Source: Nitrospiria bacterium
GTDB lineage: Bacteria; Nitrospirota; Nitrospiria; SBBL01; JAADHI01
Assembly: GCA_046756725.1 (NCBI GenBank)
Contig: JBHHWW010000001.1
Span: forward strand, 1 to 44,794
DNA: 44,794 bases
Reading direction: 5' to 3'
Of this stretch, positions 9,628 through 19,800 are shown piece after piece. Under the pieces are notes generated by a model. It saw only the letters and a program-made list of their open reading frames with translations, was not told where the DNA came from and searched no databases. The translations under genes and the position numbers were made by a program. Positions within the stretch are counted from its first letter, which is position 1; the number at the start of each line of letters is the position of its first letter.

Positions 9628-11172
9628 ATGTCCAATTTGACCGAAACAATCGTAATTTTAGACTTCGGGTCGCAATACACCCAACTGATTGCCCGCCGCG
9701 TTCGCGAAAGCAAAGTCTATTCGGAAATTGTCCCCTACCATCTGAGCTTCGATAAAATAAAAGCCTACAATCCGGTTGGGATCATCCTTTCAGGTGGCCC
9801 TGCCAGTGTCTATGACCGGGATGCGCCTTTATGTGACCCGCGCATCTTCAACCTGTCCATCCCGATTCTCGGAATCTGTTACGGGATGCAGGTGATGACG
9901 CATCTTTTGGGTGGAGAAATCGCCCGGTCACTCAAGCAGGAATATGGCCGTGCCAGCTTACGTACGGATGGAAAGTCTCTTCTTTTGAAGTCGCTGGCAC
10001 AAAAGATCCCAGTCTGGATGAGTCATGGTGACCGGATTGAAAGCCTCCCTCAGGGTTTTTCTGCCATTGCCGGGACTGAAAATTCACCCAGTGCGCTGAT
10101 AGAGGATGGCAGGCGACATTTTTACGCACTTCAGTTTCATCCTGAAGTCGTACATACGCCGGATGGGCTTCAGATCCTCCAGAATTTTCTTTATCGAATC
10201 TGCCGATGCACGCAGGCGTGGGATCTGGGATCATGGGTGGCAGTGGCGAAAAAAGAGATTGACGCAGCTATTGGCAGTGGTCGCGCCATTTGTGGATTGA
10301 GTGGCGGTGTTGATTCCAGTGTGGCTGCAGTGCTGACCCAGAAGGTGATTGGAAAACGACTGACCTGCATTTTTGTCGACAATGGTCTTTTGCGGAAGGA
10401 TGAAGGCCGAATGGTTGTTCAGGCCTTTAAAAAGCAGCTTAATCTAAATCTCAAATCGATTGATGCATCCGATCTTTTTCTGAAGCGGCTTTCTTCGACA
10501 TCCAATCCGGAAAAAAAAAGAACGATTATTGGACGCACTTTCATTAAAGTTTTTAACGAAGAAGCCAAAAAAGTGGGCAAGGTTGATTTCCTTGTTCAGG
10601 GAACGCTTTATCCGGATGTGATTGAAAGCGTTTCTATCAAGGGACCCTCTGCAACGATCAAAACCCATCACAATGTCGGTGGACTGCCAAAGCGGATGCG
10701 TTTAAAAATGATTGAGCCGCTTCGTTCGCTTTTCAAAGATGAGGTTCGAAGACTGGGGCTCGAGTTGGGAATTCCCGAAGATCTCCTTTATCGACATCCT
10801 TTTCCCGGGCCGGGTTTGGCGGTTCGTATTATTGGAAAATTGTCCAGGGAACGATTAAACTGCTTGCGGGATGCCGATGCAATTTTTGACGAAGAAATTC
10901 GAAAAGGGGGGCTCTATCATAAAATATGGCAGTCTTTTGCAGTCTATCTCCCCATTCGGAGCGTAGGAGTGATGGGGGATGAACGGACCTACGAGAATGC
11001 GATTGCTTTGAGGGCTGTGACCAGTCAGGATGGCATGACTGCAGACTGGTTTGAGTTTCCTTACGATATTTTAAAAAGAATTTCAAACCGGATTATCAAC
11101 GAAGTCAAAGGAGTGAATCGTGTGGTCTACGATATCTCTTCTAAACCTCCCAGCACGATTGAGTGGGAGTGA
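9628..11172 (+). CDS. guaA: GMP synthase (glutamine-hydrolysing)
   Basis: GATase domain ([25 protein letters not shown]), ATP-PPase P-loop SGGVDSSV, and C-terminal dimerisation domain ending ...PPSTIEWE. Confidence 0.97.
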   Translation: MSNLTETIVILDFGSQYTQLIARRVRESKVYSEIVPYHLSFDKIKAYNPVGIILSGGPASVYDRDAPLCDPRIFNLSIPILGICYGMQVMTHLLGGEIARSLKQEYGRASLRTDGKSLLLKSLAQKIPVWMSHGDRIESLPQGFSAIAGTENSPSALIEDGRRHFYALQFHPEVVHTPDGLQILQNFLYRICRCTQAWDLGSWVAVAKKEIDAAIGSGRAICGLSGGVDSSVAAVLTQKVIGKRLTCIFVDNGLLRKDEGRMVVQAFKKQLNLNLKSIDASDLFLKRLSSTSNPEKKRTIIGRTFIKVFNEEAKKVGKVDFLVQGTLYPDVIESVSIKGPSATIKTHHNVGGLPKRMRLKMIEPLRSLFKDEVRRLGLELGIPEDLLYRHPFPGPGLAVRIIGKLSRERLNCLRDADAIFDEEIRKGGLYHKIWQSFAVYLPIRSVGVMGDERTYENAIALRAVTSQDGMTADWFEFPYDILKRISNRIINEVKGVNRVVYDISSKPPSTIEWE

Positions 11173-11524
11173 ACGCCTTTTTCTTAATTTTAATAGACAT
11201 ATTGCATCCTCAAAGCTAATTTTCTTTCTGGAATCTGAAATGGTTTCCGGAAAGAGGAAATCGCGATGTTTCACCTCGTTGTTTATCATGAAGGAAGGGC
11301 ATTTTATGCCAGTCCTGAGTTGGTCCAGCCTTTGCTTTATTAATAATTCGGAGCAACTCAGGTTGTCCTTGACCTATTTTCGTCATGGCCTTGCGCTCTA
11401 AACGTATGGGTGAGATGCGGTTGGGGCTGAGTATTTCAGCAATGCTGGATGAAGTAGGTGGACAACTTGGGTTGTTCCGAGGAGATACTTTAAAGTTTCA
11501 GGGCTTATTTGCAATGTTTAATAT

Positions 11525-12749
11525 ATGAATCGTTTAGGACGATATGACATCATTGAGGAGGTTGGCCGCGGGGCGATGGGCATTGTCTACCGCGGCTGGG
11601 ATCCTAAAATTAACCGTGCGGTTGCTTTAAAGTGTCTGCGCCCGAGCGTTATTGAATTACGTGAAGGGGCCAGAAAGCATTTTAAGCAGGAAATGTATGC
11701 CCTTGGAAGAATGATTCACCCGAATATCGTGACGATTTTTGATGCGGGAGAAGATCCTTCTACCGGTTATATTTATATTGTTATGGAGTATGTCTCCGGA
11801 TTCTCCCTCGCTCAGCTTCTCAAAGAGAATAGTTCACTGTCCATGGCTCAAACCCTTGAAATAGGCGCCCAAGTTTGCCGAGGTCTTGGCTTTGCTCATT
11901 CAAAGGGTGTGATTCACAGGGATATTAAACCAGGGAACATTCTCTTGTCGAAAGATTTGAAGACGCTTAAGATTACCGATTTTGGCATTGCGCGATTGGA
12001 TACTACCGGCGGATCGCCTGACCGGAACACCGCGTTATATGTCCCCTGAACAGTGTCTGGGGGAAACGCTGGATGAACGATCTGATCTCTTTTCTGTTGG
12101 CAGCCTGCTCTACGAACTTCTGACACATCAAAGGGCTTACCCTGGAGAGACCGTGACGTCCGTGATTTACCAGGTGCTTCATGATACACCCGTGCCGCCT
12201 TCTGATGTTTCTTCTAATGTCCCACCGGATGTGAGTGATGCTGTGATGAAATCCATGCAAAAATCTCGGGAGAAGCGATTCTCCAGTGGGGAAGAGATGG
12301 CCAAAGCCCTTCTTTCTCCAGTGTTTCCCTCTAATATTGATGAACCGGATACCCTGGTGATGACTCAAGAGGCCGTTTCCAGACCACTTCCGTTTCGATG
12401 GCTTCAAATTTCAAGGTGGCAAGTGACCGGTTTGACTGCCATGTTGCTTGTTGTGGTCGGCATGTCCTTCTACTTTTCAAAAAATCAGACAGTGAAAGAG
12501 GTTCGCTCGGCACCTTCTCCCTCTGTTTCCGAGGGATTGATTGTCCTTTCAACGATGCCCAGCGGAGCTGATATTTTGATTAACGGAGATTTAAAAGGTG
12601 TGAGTCCATTGTCTCTCCGTCTTCCTCCGGGTGCCCATGATCTTATTGTGTCAAAGGAGGGGTATTATTCTCTTGAAGCAACTCTGGATTCACCTTCAGG
12701 AAAGGAAGTTCCAATCAAACTTCGATTGATGCCGGAAGACTTGCCATGA
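11525..12749 (+). pseudogene. Hanks-type Ser/Thr protein kinase with a TM segment and C-terminal PEGA domain, interrupted by a 1-nt frameshift
   Basis: ORF A (11525-12049) carries GRGAMGIVY, ALK, HRDIKPGN and DFGIARL, then runs out of frame. ORF B (+1 frame, 11982-12749) resumes with LTGTPRYMSPEQ. It then has a TM helix and a PEGA-like segment (PSGADILINGDLKGVSPL...LPPGAHDLIVSKEGY). The junction must lie within 12002-12017. Confidence 0.8.
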
Positions 12750-14719
12750 AAAGAATGAAAATTATTCTCTATCAGATAAGCGTATTTTTTTGTTGGATCG
12801 CTTTGTTGTTATTGTTTGATCTTCCCGTGGCGCGGGCATTGACGCCACTTCCTCTGAATAAAGGAACCCTTGCGCCGTCGTTTCCGGAATTAAAGGTGGA
12901 ACCATCCCGTCCTTTGATGATTGTCTATTTTTTTAAGCTTTCTTCAAAGCCCTCCCTCAAGGGGCTTGAACATCTGAACCAACTCTACAAGCAATATCGG
13001 AATGCAGGTATTGGCATCATCGCGGTGACTCAGGACCCTTCTCAAAAAATTGCCCGATATTTAAAGAAACACCCCCTGCCTTTTAAAGTCGTAAGAGATC
13101 GTGGAAAGATTTTCGAAGACTACGGCATTCAAGTCGTTTTTCCGACCACATTCCTTCTCGGACCCGGAAAGCGTATTTCGGATATTTTAGTGGGGGGAGG
13201 TCTCTCTTCGCACCACCTGATGACGGCCATTGCGCAACGCAGTCTTCAGATGAAAAAGTCAGAACTGGCCTTGGAACTTTTTACGAAAGTGTTGGATGAA
13301 GACCCTGGAAATGCGGTTGCTCAGTCCGGACTCGGAAGTGTCTATTTAAAAGAAGGCGCGCTTGATCGGGCAGAGGCTGCATTTTCCAAGGCTGCTGATA
13401 AAAAAGCGGATGGTTCGACCCTTGATCCGGATGTCATTCTTGCGAAAGAGGGGTTGGTTGCAGTCCATGTTCAAAAAGGAGAGCCGGAAAAGGCATTGAA
13501 AATTGCGGAAGAGGTGCGCACTGCTGATCCGAAGAGTGGTCTTGCAGACTGGATTGAAGGTGCGGTTCGTGTCCGTCAGGGGGATCATGAAGGGGCCTTG
13601 CAGTCTTTTCATCAAGTCATTGACGGAAACCTGAAAACGGATTGGATGAAGGCGGACGTTTACAACCAGGCTGCGCGCATTTACTCTGAGCAGGGTGATT
13701 TGGGAGACGCAGAGTTGATGTATGACGAGGCGATTGCCCACAATCCTTTTTCTTCAGAAATCCTGACGAATCGGGGGGTGCTCTATGAAAAACAGGGGAA
13801 GCCTCAAAAAGCCCTCGCGTTTTATAGAGAAGCATTGTTGCTTGATCCGAAAGATGAGGTGCCTTTTCTGCTTGCAAAGCGAATGAACCAACATCTTGAT
13901 TTCATAGAAGACGAGGCGAGGCGGAAGCAAATCAATGCCCTGGTTGCTGAACTTTCAGGTCGATTTCAGGATGGGAAATTTTCAAGACCACATCTTTCTG
14001 ACAGTTGGTCATCCCGCCCGATGACGATTGCCTTTCTGGGCATTCAATCCATCGCAGGAGGATTAATCCGTGAGGGAATGGCCACGGTTCTGCAACAGGA
14101 AATTGCGCAGAATATGATGTCTTCCGGCCGTTTTTTGATGGTGGAGCGTGAGGTTATGGACAAGCTCCTTGAGGAGCTGAAACTGGGTTCTTCTGAACTG
14201 ACCAATCAGGAAACAGCGCTTCGACTGGGAAAATTGTTTGCTGCACGTCTGATGATTACAGGCAGTCTTGTTCAGGCCCCCGGAGGCGTTCGCTTAAGTT
14301 TGCGGATCATTGATCCGGAAACTTCAGAGATTAAGATAACCTATGTCGATGAAATTGGTCCTGATAAAAATCTAATTGATCTTGCCGTACAGGCGGGAGA
14401 GCATATCCGACAGAAGATCCATACCCGCTACCGGCTCCGTGGAAAGATTGCAATGGTTGGAGAGGGTGGCGAGGTGGTGATTAACATTGGAAGAAAGCAT
14501 GGTGTCTTGCCGGGAATGCGCTTGAAGGTGATCTCCAATGGAGAACCTTTACAGGTGGACGGGCAGATCATTGGCCATAAAAAGAAGCAGATCGGTCTCA
14601 TTGAAATTATCGAAGTGGAACAGAGTGTTTCCGCCGCTAAGTTAATCGAACAGTCTGAAAAAATACAAAAAAATCAAAAGGTTATGGAAGATGTCAGTTC
14701 AGTTAAGTCGGATTTCTGA
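12746..14719 (+). CDS. Secreted multidomain protein: Cys-less redoxin-like fold + TPR repeats + CsgG/TolB-N-like module + small beta domain
   Basis: The ATG overlaps the kinase stop (ATGA). The signal/TM segment is followed by an AhpC/TSA-like region with FFKLSSKPS in place of a CxxC motif. TPRs follow (AVAQSGLGSVYLKEG...), then the module PMTIAFLGIQS...MVEREVMDKLLEELKLGSS...RLGKLFAARLMITGSL. Confidence 0.7.
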   Translation: MKRMKIILYQISVFFCWIALLLLFDLPVARALTPLPLNKGTLAPSFPELKVEPSRPLMIVYFFKLSSKPSLKGLEHLNQLYKQYRNAGIGIIAVTQDPSQKIARYLKKHPLPFKVVRDRGKIFEDYGIQVVFPTTFLLGPGKRISDILVGGGLSSHHLMTAIAQRSLQMKKSELALELFTKVLDEDPGNAVAQSGLGSVYLKEGALDRAEAAFSKAADKKADGSTLDPDVILAKEGLVAVHVQKGEPEKALKIAEEVRTADPKSGLADWIEGAVRVRQGDHEGALQSFHQVIDGNLKTDWMKADVYNQAARIYSEQGDLGDAELMYDEAIAHNPFSSEILTNRGVLYEKQGKPQKALAFYREALLLDPKDEVPFLLAKRMNQHLDFIEDEARRKQINALVAELSGRFQDGKFSRPHLSDSWSSRPMTIAFLGIQSIAGGLIREGMATVLQQEIAQNMMSSGRFLMVEREVMDKLLEELKLGSSELTNQETALRLGKLFAARLMITGSLVQAPGGVRLSLRIIDPETSEIKITYVDEIGPDKNLIDLAVQAGEHIRQKIHTRYRLRGKIAMVGEGGEVVINIGRKHGVLPGMRLKVISNGEPLQVDGQIIGHKKKQIGLIEIIEVEQSVSAAKLIEQSEKIQKNQKVMEDVSSVKSDF

Positions 14720-15431
14720 GCTTTCTTTATTCTGCATTGTGGTATTGACCGGGTTTGTTTTTACGGCTTGTTCCGGTCGGCAGATATCCCAAAAAAATCG
14801 ATCCTCTCCCCGGGAAACCCTGACTGTTGCGGTAATGCCCTTTCAAGTACAGCATATTCAGCGACCTGTTTCAGGAAGCCCTGTGCCGATTTCCGCGTTA
14901 TCTCGATCTCTGGTTGATCAAATTGAAGAAAAATTCATTGGATATCCGGGGGTGTCCCTCGTGGATCGGGAAGAGATTGATCAGGTCTTCCAAGAACTCT
15001 TTTTATCCAGCCATGAAGCCAGCCAGTCGGCGGTGCGGCTTCGGTTGGGAAGGCTTCTGGGCGCACAATATCTGGTGATGGGAACTTATACGCTGGTTGG
15101 TAAAGCCCTTCGAATGGATGCACGTATTGTCGAAGTCGAGCGGGGACGCGTTGTTGATAGCGTTTCAATGGATGGTTCTGTGACAGAAAGGGAGGCCATT
15201 GAGAGGTCTTTTTCTGAAAAAATCGTTGCAACCTTCTTGTCGAGCACAAGACGGTCGCTTCCTGAAAAGATGGTGAGCAGCGATGACCACTACTTAAAAG
15301 GGCGTTCACTTGAAAGAGAAAAAAACTTCACAAAGGCTTTGGTGCATTATAAAGCAGCCTTTTCCCTCAATCCTGAAAATCATAAAGTTTTAGATCGAAT
15401 CGAAGCATTGTCATTCAAGGAGATGGAATGA
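14691..15431 (+). CDS. Lipoprotein with a CsgG/TolB-N-like module + one TPR
   Basis: Lipobox VFTAC. The module is LTVAVMPFQ...LVDREEIDQVFQELFLSS...RLGRLLGAQYLVMGTY. A C-terminal TPR is present (ALVHYKAAFSLNPENH). It overlaps the upstream gene by 29 nt. Confidence 0.7.
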   Translation: MSVQLSRISELSLFCIVVLTGFVFTACSGRQISQKNRSSPRETLTVAVMPFQVQHIQRPVSGSPVPISALSRSLVDQIEEKFIGYPGVSLVDREEIDQVFQELFLSSHEASQSAVRLRLGRLLGAQYLVMGTYTLVGKALRMDARIVEVERGRVVDSVSMDGSVTEREAIERSFSEKIVATFLSSTRRSLPEKMVSSDDHYLKGRSLEREKNFTKALVHYKAAFSLNPENHKVLDRIEALSFKEME

Positions 15432-16759
15432 AGTTCAATCTTAAAAAGGATTTTTTGAGAGATAACTTACTGATTAAAGAAAGAAATATAGACTGTTTTT
15501 CCCATATGGAGACTTATATTTTTTTTCTGGCATGGCTGCTTGTTTTCTCAATGTCATCGTCCGGGTGGTCCAAGGAATTACCCGGGGCTGCGCTTCCTAA
15601 AGCTTCCTTTACCCACAAAGAAATGAAGGAAATCTACAGACGTGGCCGTTATGACCAGGTAATTTCAAAATTAAGCAATCTTAATGAACTGGATTCTACT
15701 CAAGCCCTTTTCCTGGGCTTGAGTTATCTCAGAGAGGGTTCGTCAAAGAAGGCAATTTCTGCTTGGCAGCATTATGTTCACCTTGAAGAAGGAAGTGAGG
15801 GAGGTAGGACTGTCTCTCAGTACTTGACGATTCTTATGCAGAGAGAGGCGCGCCGGTCCGCCCGGAATCTTGTCTTGAAAGAAAAAAACCTTTTCAGGAA
15901 AATAAATCCAAAAGCCATCGCCGTTTCTCCATTTCAAAACCTGGGAAGCGAAGCGTTTTCTCCTCTTTCCAAGGGGTTGGCGGCCATGGTAATGACTGAT
16001 CTTTCGAAAGTAAATGAGTTGACCGTTGTTGAGCGGATTGAAATGTCTGCCATACTGGATGAGCTCAGGTTGTCAAAATCAGGATTGGTCGATAAAAAAA
16101 CAGCCCCTCGTGTTGGACGGCTTGTCGGGGCGGGAAAAGTGACGACTGGAACATACCTTGATGTTGAAGACAAGATCATGCGCCTAAATGCGGCGGTGAC
16201 ACTGACAGAGAACGGACGGCTTCTTTCTGCCTCAAATTCATCCGGGGAAATACCCACTTTTTATATTTTGGAAAAAAGACTGGTGTTTCAGATTTTGTGT
16301 GGTATCGGTTATTGCCCTGAAAATCTCGATAAACAAGTGCGTCTCGAAATCGAGAAAGTTCATACAAAAAATTTCCAGGCCTTCCGTTTTTATTCTGAGG
16401 GGCTTGATTTTCTTGACCAGGGGAAATATCGAAAGGCCTCCCAGGCCTTCTTTTTTGCGCTTGAAGAAGACCCGGCATTTAAGTTGGCCAGAAAGGCTTT
16501 ACTTGAAACCCCGATTCTTCCATTTAATCTGGATGCGATGATTGCGGGTGGTGAATCGATCGTTTCAGGCGAAAATACCTTATTGACCCTGGGGCCCCTC
16601 CTGGTTTCCCCCTTGCCTGTCAAGGTCGCCGAATCTGATGGAACGTCGGTCAGGATTACGCCGGAAATTTTCCAGCAGCCGGTGACAGCAATCAAGGCGG
16701 GGGCGCCTGCGAATGTCCAGGTCCAAATCCAGATTAATATCTCAGAATCCGGACCATAG
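15428..16759 (+). CDS. Secreted TPR-like protein with a CsgG/TolB-N-like module
   Basis: ATGA overlap with the upstream gene (alternative start ATG 15506 directly before the hydrophobic signal). The module is KAIAVSPFQNLGS...VVERIEMSAILDELRLSKSG...RVGRLVGAGKVTTGTY. TPR-like helices flank it. Confidence 0.7.
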   Translation: MKFNLKKDFLRDNLLIKERNIDCFSHMETYIFFLAWLLVFSMSSSGWSKELPGAALPKASFTHKEMKEIYRRGRYDQVISKLSNLNELDSTQALFLGLSYLREGSSKKAISAWQHYVHLEEGSEGGRTVSQYLTILMQREARRSARNLVLKEKNLFRKINPKAIAVSPFQNLGSEAFSPLSKGLAAMVMTDLSKVNELTVVERIEMSAILDELRLSKSGLVDKKTAPRVGRLVGAGKVTTGTYLDVEDKIMRLNAAVTLTENGRLLSASNSSGEIPTFYILEKRLVFQILCGIGYCPENLDKQVRLEIEKVHTKNFQAFRFYSEGLDFLDQGKYRKASQAFFFALEEDPAFKLARKALLETPILPFNLDAMIAGGESIVSGENTLLTLGPLLVSPLPVKVAESDGTSVRITPEIFQQPVTAIKAGAPANVQVQIQINISESGP

Positions 16760-16814
16760 TATAAAGGATTTAAGTGCCCTTGATGCCCGTTTGTTGTAAA
16801 ATGAGAAAGGTCCC

Positions 16815-19800
16815 ATGGTGAAAAAAAGATGCTTTCTTTCGGTATGGCCCTTGTCTATTTTCCCCCTTGTTTTTTTTATGCTTCTTACAGCTTGTAGCGC
16901 TTCTGGTCCCTCTTTAGAAAATATTGAAAAAAGTGCTGGTTCAGAAGGAATGGTTTCTGTCGGGATTACTCTTAGAGTGCCTTCGGGCAGTAACCGTTTG
17001 CATCAGTCAAAACTCTCTGCGTTGACATTAGACGATCTCCGCTCGCTCAAGATTACCGTGACAGACGCCAATGGTTTGGTATTGACTGCTTCAGACGACA
17101 TTTTTGTCTCTCCCGGTCAACTCATTGAAGTCTTTCTGAGTGTTCCTGCCGGACCTGCACGTCAATTCAGCGTTGAACTTTTTGACCGCGATGGAAGAGT
17201 GGTGCTATTCGGGATGACGGAAAGGGATCTGGGTGGACTTGCTTCTATCAGCATCCCGATTGTTGTGTCTCCGCCCCTGTCGATTGTACCTGAAATAATG
17301 ACGGTTTCGACGGGGCATTCCGTACAGATCAATGTCATTTTAAGTGATGCTTTTAAAAGAAGTTTTGCGGATCCGACATTGCGTTGGGAAGTTGAGGGGA
17401 TTATTGGTGGAAACACTGCATTTGGCTTAATTAAAATAACGAATTCTCTCTCGGCTTCTTACACTGCTCCGGAAAATATACCGGTGCAGGCACAGGTTCT
17501 TGTTAAGGCGCACAGCGTTTCCAGACCCGCATATTTTGCTTCAGTCATGATGGACATTATTCTTTCGCCGCAGGGACGATTTGTTGACAACGGTTCAGGA
17601 TCTGACGAAACAGGTCCGGATGGCACTGTGTGCGGGGGAGAGACTTCTCCCTGTAAAACCGTGACGAAAGGGATTGAGGTGGCGAACCCCGGAGACACTG
17701 TTTTTATCAAAGCCGGCAGGTATGCCTTCACGACTTTTGGTCCTCCTGCCATTGAGATGAAGGCGGGAGTGAAAATTCAAGGGGCTGGGGCAGAGGTGAC
17801 CTTTTTTGATTTTACGAGTGCCCGATCCGATGGCGGAATCGGCATCCGTGGTGCGAATGGCTCTGCAATTTCAGGCCTGACCCTCAGTGATGTCGGGTTG
17901 AATCAAATTGATCTGATCGAGACGGACCATACTGATTTCAGGATCAGTGGCAATATTTTTCTCTGGCAATGTGAGACCTGTCTCCACATAAAAAATGCGG
18001 TCCATATTCAGGGTGGAAGCGGAATCAGTGTGACTGGAAATGTTTTCAGTCAGAGGAGCTTGGGTTCGATTGTCCCGAATAGTACGTCAATTCTAATTGA
18101 AGGGAGCGCGACCCCAGCGATTGTAAATAATGCTATTTGGCGAAATCATATCGGTATATTGATTAGAGGCCAGGCGAATGCTCTGATCGAGGGCAATGAA
18201 ATCCTTGGGAATGAACGTGGTATTCAGGTTGAGGCGTTCGCTGTTCCGGATATAGGCGGTGGTGGCCTTGGCAGTCTTGGCGGTAATATCTTAAGTTGTA
18301 ATACGTCGGTGGATCTTTTGAATAACACCCCCGGGATGCTTTTTGCACAGAGCAATCAATGGGATCATGAGTCGCCCGAAAGAGGCTCCTTGATTGGCAA
18401 TGGAATCGATATTGTCATGGGTCATGGGGAGGGTAATGTTGATGCCAGTGGCGCATCATTTTACTCTTTTGCCCCTTGTCAGGTGGGCATCACAGTCTCG
18501 TCGAATAGTGGTTTGGCGACAAGCGAAGTCGGCGGTATCGATACGTTTACGGTGGTTTTGAATACAGAACCCACTGAAAACGTCATTCTTGATCTGGCGA
18601 GCAGTGATGTGACGGAAGGAATTGTTACTCCTTCCATCCTCACTTTTACGCCGGTAGATTGGGATATCCCGAAGCTTGTGACAGTGGCGGGACTTGATGA
18701 TGCCCTTGAAGATGGCGATGTTCTTTACCGTATTCTCATTGCCCCAACAGAAAGCGTTGATCCCTTGTATCACGGGATCGACCTGGCTGACCCGTTGGTG
18801 ATGAATCAGGATAACGATGTTTCTCTTTCTGTGTCTGTACAGGGGAGCGGCAGTGTTGCGATGAATCCGCCTGGGGTCCTTTGTTTTCTTGATTGCACGG
18901 AAATTTTTACGGAAGGGACTTCTGTTCTTTTGACAGCGGCCTCGGATTCCCAGTTTGAATTCGTGGGCTGGGATGGAGATTGTGTCGGAAATGCCCTTTC
19001 GGTCACGGTGGATATGGCCGATGTACGACATTGCTCCGCGACTTTTCGTTTGAAAACATTTACGCTCAGCGTCATTCCCACAGGAAGTGGAGATGGAATG
19101 GTAAGATTGAACCCGGATAGCATTCACTGCCCACCGGATTGTTCAGTCGTTTTTCCAATCGATACGCAGATTTCTTTACTTGCCAGTCCGCAGACAGGTT
19201 CATTTTTTGCCGGATGGACAGGTCATCCAGACTGCGACGATGCGTTGGTCTCAATGACTCAGGATATGACTTGTGAAGCAAGGTTCGAAACAAACGCCCC
19301 GCCGCGGATTACCCGTTTTACAAGTGGTCGATCCCTGGTTCCACTTGGAGAAACGACCAGACTCTTTTGGACTGTAGAAGGTTTTGCAAGCTCACTGCAG
19401 CTCAATCCCGGAGGGGTCGAAGTCCGTGATTTAACGACGACGAATGTGATCCCTTTTCCGGTTGGAAAGGCTTCGTCCAATGCCCGATCCTACTTCAAAC
19501 TATTTGCAACAAATCCGGTATTGATGGAAGAGGCAGCGGAACTTACTTGGGCGAAAGGAATGGAGGGGAGCGGTTTCAATGAAGGTCTGGGTATTGTCGT
19601 GCTTTCGGATGGCAGCAGCATTGTGACGGGCCGTTTTGAAGGGGTGGCGACTTTTGGTTCGGGAGAAGAGTCTGAGACAGTTCTTAGGTCTTTTGGGGGA
19701 TCCGATATCTATGTCGCGCGTTACCATGCAGACGGTTCTCTTATTTGGGTGAGACAAGCCGGAGGCGCTCAGGATGACTGGAGCAACGCCATTGCAATCC

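Noticed and set aside
11083-11401. 93-aa (+) and 68-aa (-) ORFs in the guaA-kinase intergenic region
   Set aside because: Both overlap the guaA 3' end, lack an RBS and have low-complexity translations.
11385-11528. 47-codon ORF (MALRSKRMGEMRLGLSISAML...) ending in an ATGA overlap with the kinase start
   Set aside because: The overlap geometry is suggestive, but there is no SD upstream of its ATG and no recognisable motif. I cannot test conservation, so I left it uncalled.
18456-19127. 223-aa ORF antisense to the giant lipoprotein gene
   Set aside because: It lies entirely inside a well-supported repeat-domain CDS on the opposite strand. Its translation is Arg/Ser/Cys-rich and low-complexity with no motif. 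It is a typical shadow ORF.
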